DNA of 62,294 nucleotides, counting the filler, from Trypethelium eluteriae (lineage: Eukaryota), in NCBI GenBank assembly GCA_051942245.1. It is 3 parts of 3 records of this genome, joined end to end, with 100 filler letters (N's around TTAATTAATTAA, not from the genome) between each part and the next. Parts side by side here need not be neighbours in the genome. Positions count along the whole stretch, not along the records: positions 41,625 to 62,294 come from JAVECL010000491.1; 2 more parts are not named here. One strand, written 5' to 3'. Below, in pieces: positions 59,052 through 62,294 of the stretch (position 1 is its first letter; every line of letters begins with the position of its first letter). A program made the translations under genes and the position numbers. Under the pieces are notes generated by a model that saw nothing but the letters and a program-made list of their open reading frames with translations, searched no databases and was not told where the DNA came from.

Positions 59052-61252
59052 ATGCCACGTCGATCGACGGCGCTGAGGCTTCTGGCTTATCAGAAATCCT
59101 CGTCCGCTCGTCAACGTTTCACCATTGCCTTCGACTTCGGAACAAAGACGGCGAGTTGTGCATACCGGCTACCTGGTTCCCAATTTCCCCTGCAGAATAG
59201 TGCACAAATAAAACAAGTTCGTTTCGAGAATAGACGTTTCGACACTCCAGTGCAGGCAACCTGGCTTCAAGCCGGCCAAGGAGATTTCTGCTGGGGCCTA
59301 GAGCTGGAAAAGAGGGTCAACAGTGGTGAAGTATCTGTTGAAGACGTATTAAGTCTTCCCAAGCTGCAACTATATGAGGGCCTCCAGGGCTCACTCCTTG
59401 TTCGGCAAGAGCGAGCCAAACTGGCGCGGCTTGGTAAGAGTCTTGACCAGCTGATCGTGGAACTTCTCTCCCACCTCTATGAGTTTTGCAGGAATTCGAT
59501 TAAAGATCAGGAAGGACTTCCAACGGTGCCTGACGGCAACCTTCTCGATGTGCTCCTATGCGTACCACAAGATTTCTCGAATCTTCAAACTGAGCGGATT
59601 TCAAAGCTTGCTATTAAAGCTCGGATTCCCCAGCTTCGAATCATTTCGGAAGCAGAATGCGCTGCTGCTTTTCACTTTCAGGGCGTGTTGGACAGAGTAC
59701 ATCAAAGTATGCCCGTAGACCTTAGGGCGGGCGACGTTATCCTAGTTGGCGATGCAGGAGGCGGTACATTCGACGGTGGTGCCTTCCTACTGGAAACTGA
59801 AGTACGACGCGGCTATGCAACTCATATAATCCCTCTTCCTGGTAGACTTTTCGGGGAACTCTGCGGATCTGAATTCATCAATTTGAGATTTCTCGAGTGG
59901 CTGCAAAAAGAGTGGCAAGGTCGAATCAGCAATGTAACCTCTGAGGACGTTGGTGCATGGGGTAGACTAGATCAGTTACTCCCGCAACTACGTATCAGTT
60001 TGGAGCATGCATTAGGTCAAGCCTCCTTTGAGTTTGAGTCATGCAAAAAGGACTGGCAGCCAGATATGGCCAAGTGGTCCAAAAGTCTCTTAATTTCCGG
60101 TGCCGATGAAAACGAGAAGGTGACCATCTTTCTGGACAAGTAAGTACCCTATCGAGCTCCTGGGTTGATCTAGACTGCGCTGATCAACTGGCAGCAACCT
60201 TATGAAGCAGTTCTTCGACCCTGTCCTTGACCACGTTATGAGCACTCTAATCAAGCATTGCAAGACCGATGTGAAGGTAATGAGATCACCTGCCGGGCCC
60301 TGGCTCTACTCACAGAGACGTACTGACGTTCTGATCACCAGTACATCATCCTAACGGGTGGTCTTTCTCAAAGCAAGTACTTGGCCGATCGCGCAGCAGA
60401 AGTATTCGGGGACTTTGTGAAAGGCGACCTATTTTTGACACCAGATAATCGGTGAGTAGGCGTGGATCACTTTTCACTCAAATGAGCTAATAACTTTCCA
60501 GAAACCATCCAGTTGCGTGTGGAGCTATCTTGAGGTTTCAGAACATCGCATTCAAACTACCACCCAAGTGTCGAGTCGCCTTTGGTGTTGTCAACTTTAA
60601 TGAGTCATTTGACCCCGAGGATCATCCAGACGCTTGCGACGAGAGTGGGGAACCGGATCCAGATGTGGTCAAGGATGATGCACTTGGCCGCTTTGACGAG
60701 GGCATAGTCTTGAATCGAATCAGCAAGTGGTTCTCTCTTACGGTATGAGGCACCTTACAGATTACCATATGATCACATCACTAACTCGCAATGCAGGAGA
60801 CGTCCAGAGCCTCTGAGGAGGTATATTGGCAATTTTATGAACCCACACTGGATAATCTCAAGATGACAGCTCGAATCTGCTGGACTGCGAATTCCAATCT
60901 GAAAGACCACGAACCTCTTTATGATAGAAACGACAAGATTAGGGAAGGCTTGCATGTCTTAACGGAGGAGTTCGAAATTGGCATCGATCCGGAGACATAT
61001 GGGTATATCAAAAAGGAGGCCGAAAACGGAGAGACCTACTATTCCGTTCAAGCCGCAATAGTGCTCACAGCCGTCGATGGAGTGCTGACTTTCCAATGGT
61101 ACATCGCAAAAGCTGGCGAGGGTCCATGGGATGACAATCAAGATGATTTGAGGCCTGAGGCGGAGGCTTTCAGGAATGCAAAACTTCTATATGAGAAGGA
61201 CCATGTAATCCATGATCTACGATGGATACTTCGAGATAGGCTAGTTGGCTAG
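59052..61252 (+). CDS. Divergent HSPA12-like Hsp70 / actin-like ATPase
   Basis: AFDFGTKT, LLCVPQDF, ISEAECAAA, VGDAGGGTFD, ELCGSEFIN, FFDPV, IILTGGLSQSKYL and PVACGAILR motifs; introns begin near 60140, 60277, 60452 and 60743. Confidence 0.88.
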
Positions 61253-61807
61253 ACATACGAAGACTGCGAGCACAGCGGAGTAGCATCTCTGACAGATAGC
61301 AAAACACTATATAGCAAATCGGAACAATGCACTTCAAATCGATTCTAGGCCGATGGGCCTTTTTCTGATAGTCCATAGTTGATAAGTGATCTCCGCCCGT
61401 TTTCTTTCGGCTCTAAAATTTTTAAGAATCCAGAAGCATTTAATAATTCACTATCATCATTACAGCAAGCTGTCTTGTATTGCAACTTGCCCCATTAATC
61501 TATGATACAGTTAGAGGGATTTTCGTAGTCTTTCTATTCTTGTCAGTTCCTTTCTTTCCTTTTCCACCAATGTTCATCAAAATGACCATAGGCAATGGAC
61601 CTGCGGCAATTCAAGGACTTGTACGAGAAAGTATGGGACCGTAATAACTCCATCAAGTGTTACATTTGCTACTTATCTGCAACCGATCCATAGTATCTCT
61701 GAGCTATCCTTATGTGTTTACCAACCGGAACCCGCACAGTAGTCATCACATCGTTAAAAGCACATATCCTGCGACGACCAGCGCCAGTCTTTCCTTGCTC
61801 TCAGACC

Positions 61808-62294
61808 TCAATCCATATAGAAATCTCCCTTGAGAATCCTCTCTTGGAAGTGATCCGGTGCCGCCTTGGGCTGCTTCGGCATCTCTTTGATCGGAGACTC
61901 CATGACCGCCACGCTCTGTTGCCTTGTCGAATCCCGCATCGAACCGCCCAGACCCCCAAAATTGCCACTCATCGCCCCTGCGCCTCCAATCGACGTCCGC
62001 TGTGCCCGCGAACGCAGGTTTTCGGACCAGTTGAAGCCTTCGGATCCTAGATCACACGCACCCCAACGTCAGCCAATCTCAGACAACAGCTAGATCAAAA
62101 CGAGGTCGGGGGACGGAGATAAAGACAAGAAAAAAACGCAGCAGCACGTTTGCTCACGGCGGCAGCAGCACCAACCTCGACTCCGATGCGCAGCCGGGGA
62201 CGTCTTGCCGCTCGGACTGGCGCGTGCCGCCGACGAACCACCATTGCCACTGCCCCGTCCTCCCCCCGTACCCGCAGAACCAAAAGAGGTAGAT
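61808..62294 (-). CDS. 3' end of a Ser/Gly-rich fungal hypothetical protein
   Basis: The last exon (61808-62046) reads SEGFNWSENLRSRAQR...PDHFQERILKGDFYMD*, with a GCTGAC branch and TAG acceptor. The upstream exon is open to the window edge. Confidence 0.75.

Overview
Gene-dense eukaryotic DNA from a filamentous ascomycete. Short GT-AG introns with CTRAC/CTAAY branch points support this; the gene content looks Eurotiomycete-like, which is an inference. I can support about 29 protein-coding loci: pectinesterase, class II aldolase, bZIP factor, CIA30-domain protein, DHA1 and sugar-porter MFS transporters, F-box protein, two HSPA12-like atypical Hsp70s, secreted GH31, thioesterase, Mob1, Nfu1, GH63-like glycosidase, Zn-cluster-like factor, PAQR, RNase H-domain protein, THOC5-like, dienelactone hydrolase, Atg5 and several hypotheticals. 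Two 100-nt assembly gaps carry an artificial TTAATTAATTAA linker. I saw no rRNA, tRNA, CRISPR array or recognisable transposon. The best candidates for an undescribed system are (1) a head-to-head pair of a divergent HSPA12-like Hsp70 and a hypothetical protein whose C-terminus may be GrpE/MIEAP-like (56.4-61.3 kb), and (2) an F-box gene followed, across a gap, by an HSPA12-like Hsp70 carrying a PPPPY motif (19.9-22.5 kb). Other observations include a 75-aa three-exon microprotein missed by the ORF track, two GC-AG introns, a stop-free in-frame 405-nt Mob1 intron, two homopolymer frameshifts and a nonsense-disrupted gene. All family assignments come from motif recognition by eye; no database searches were run.
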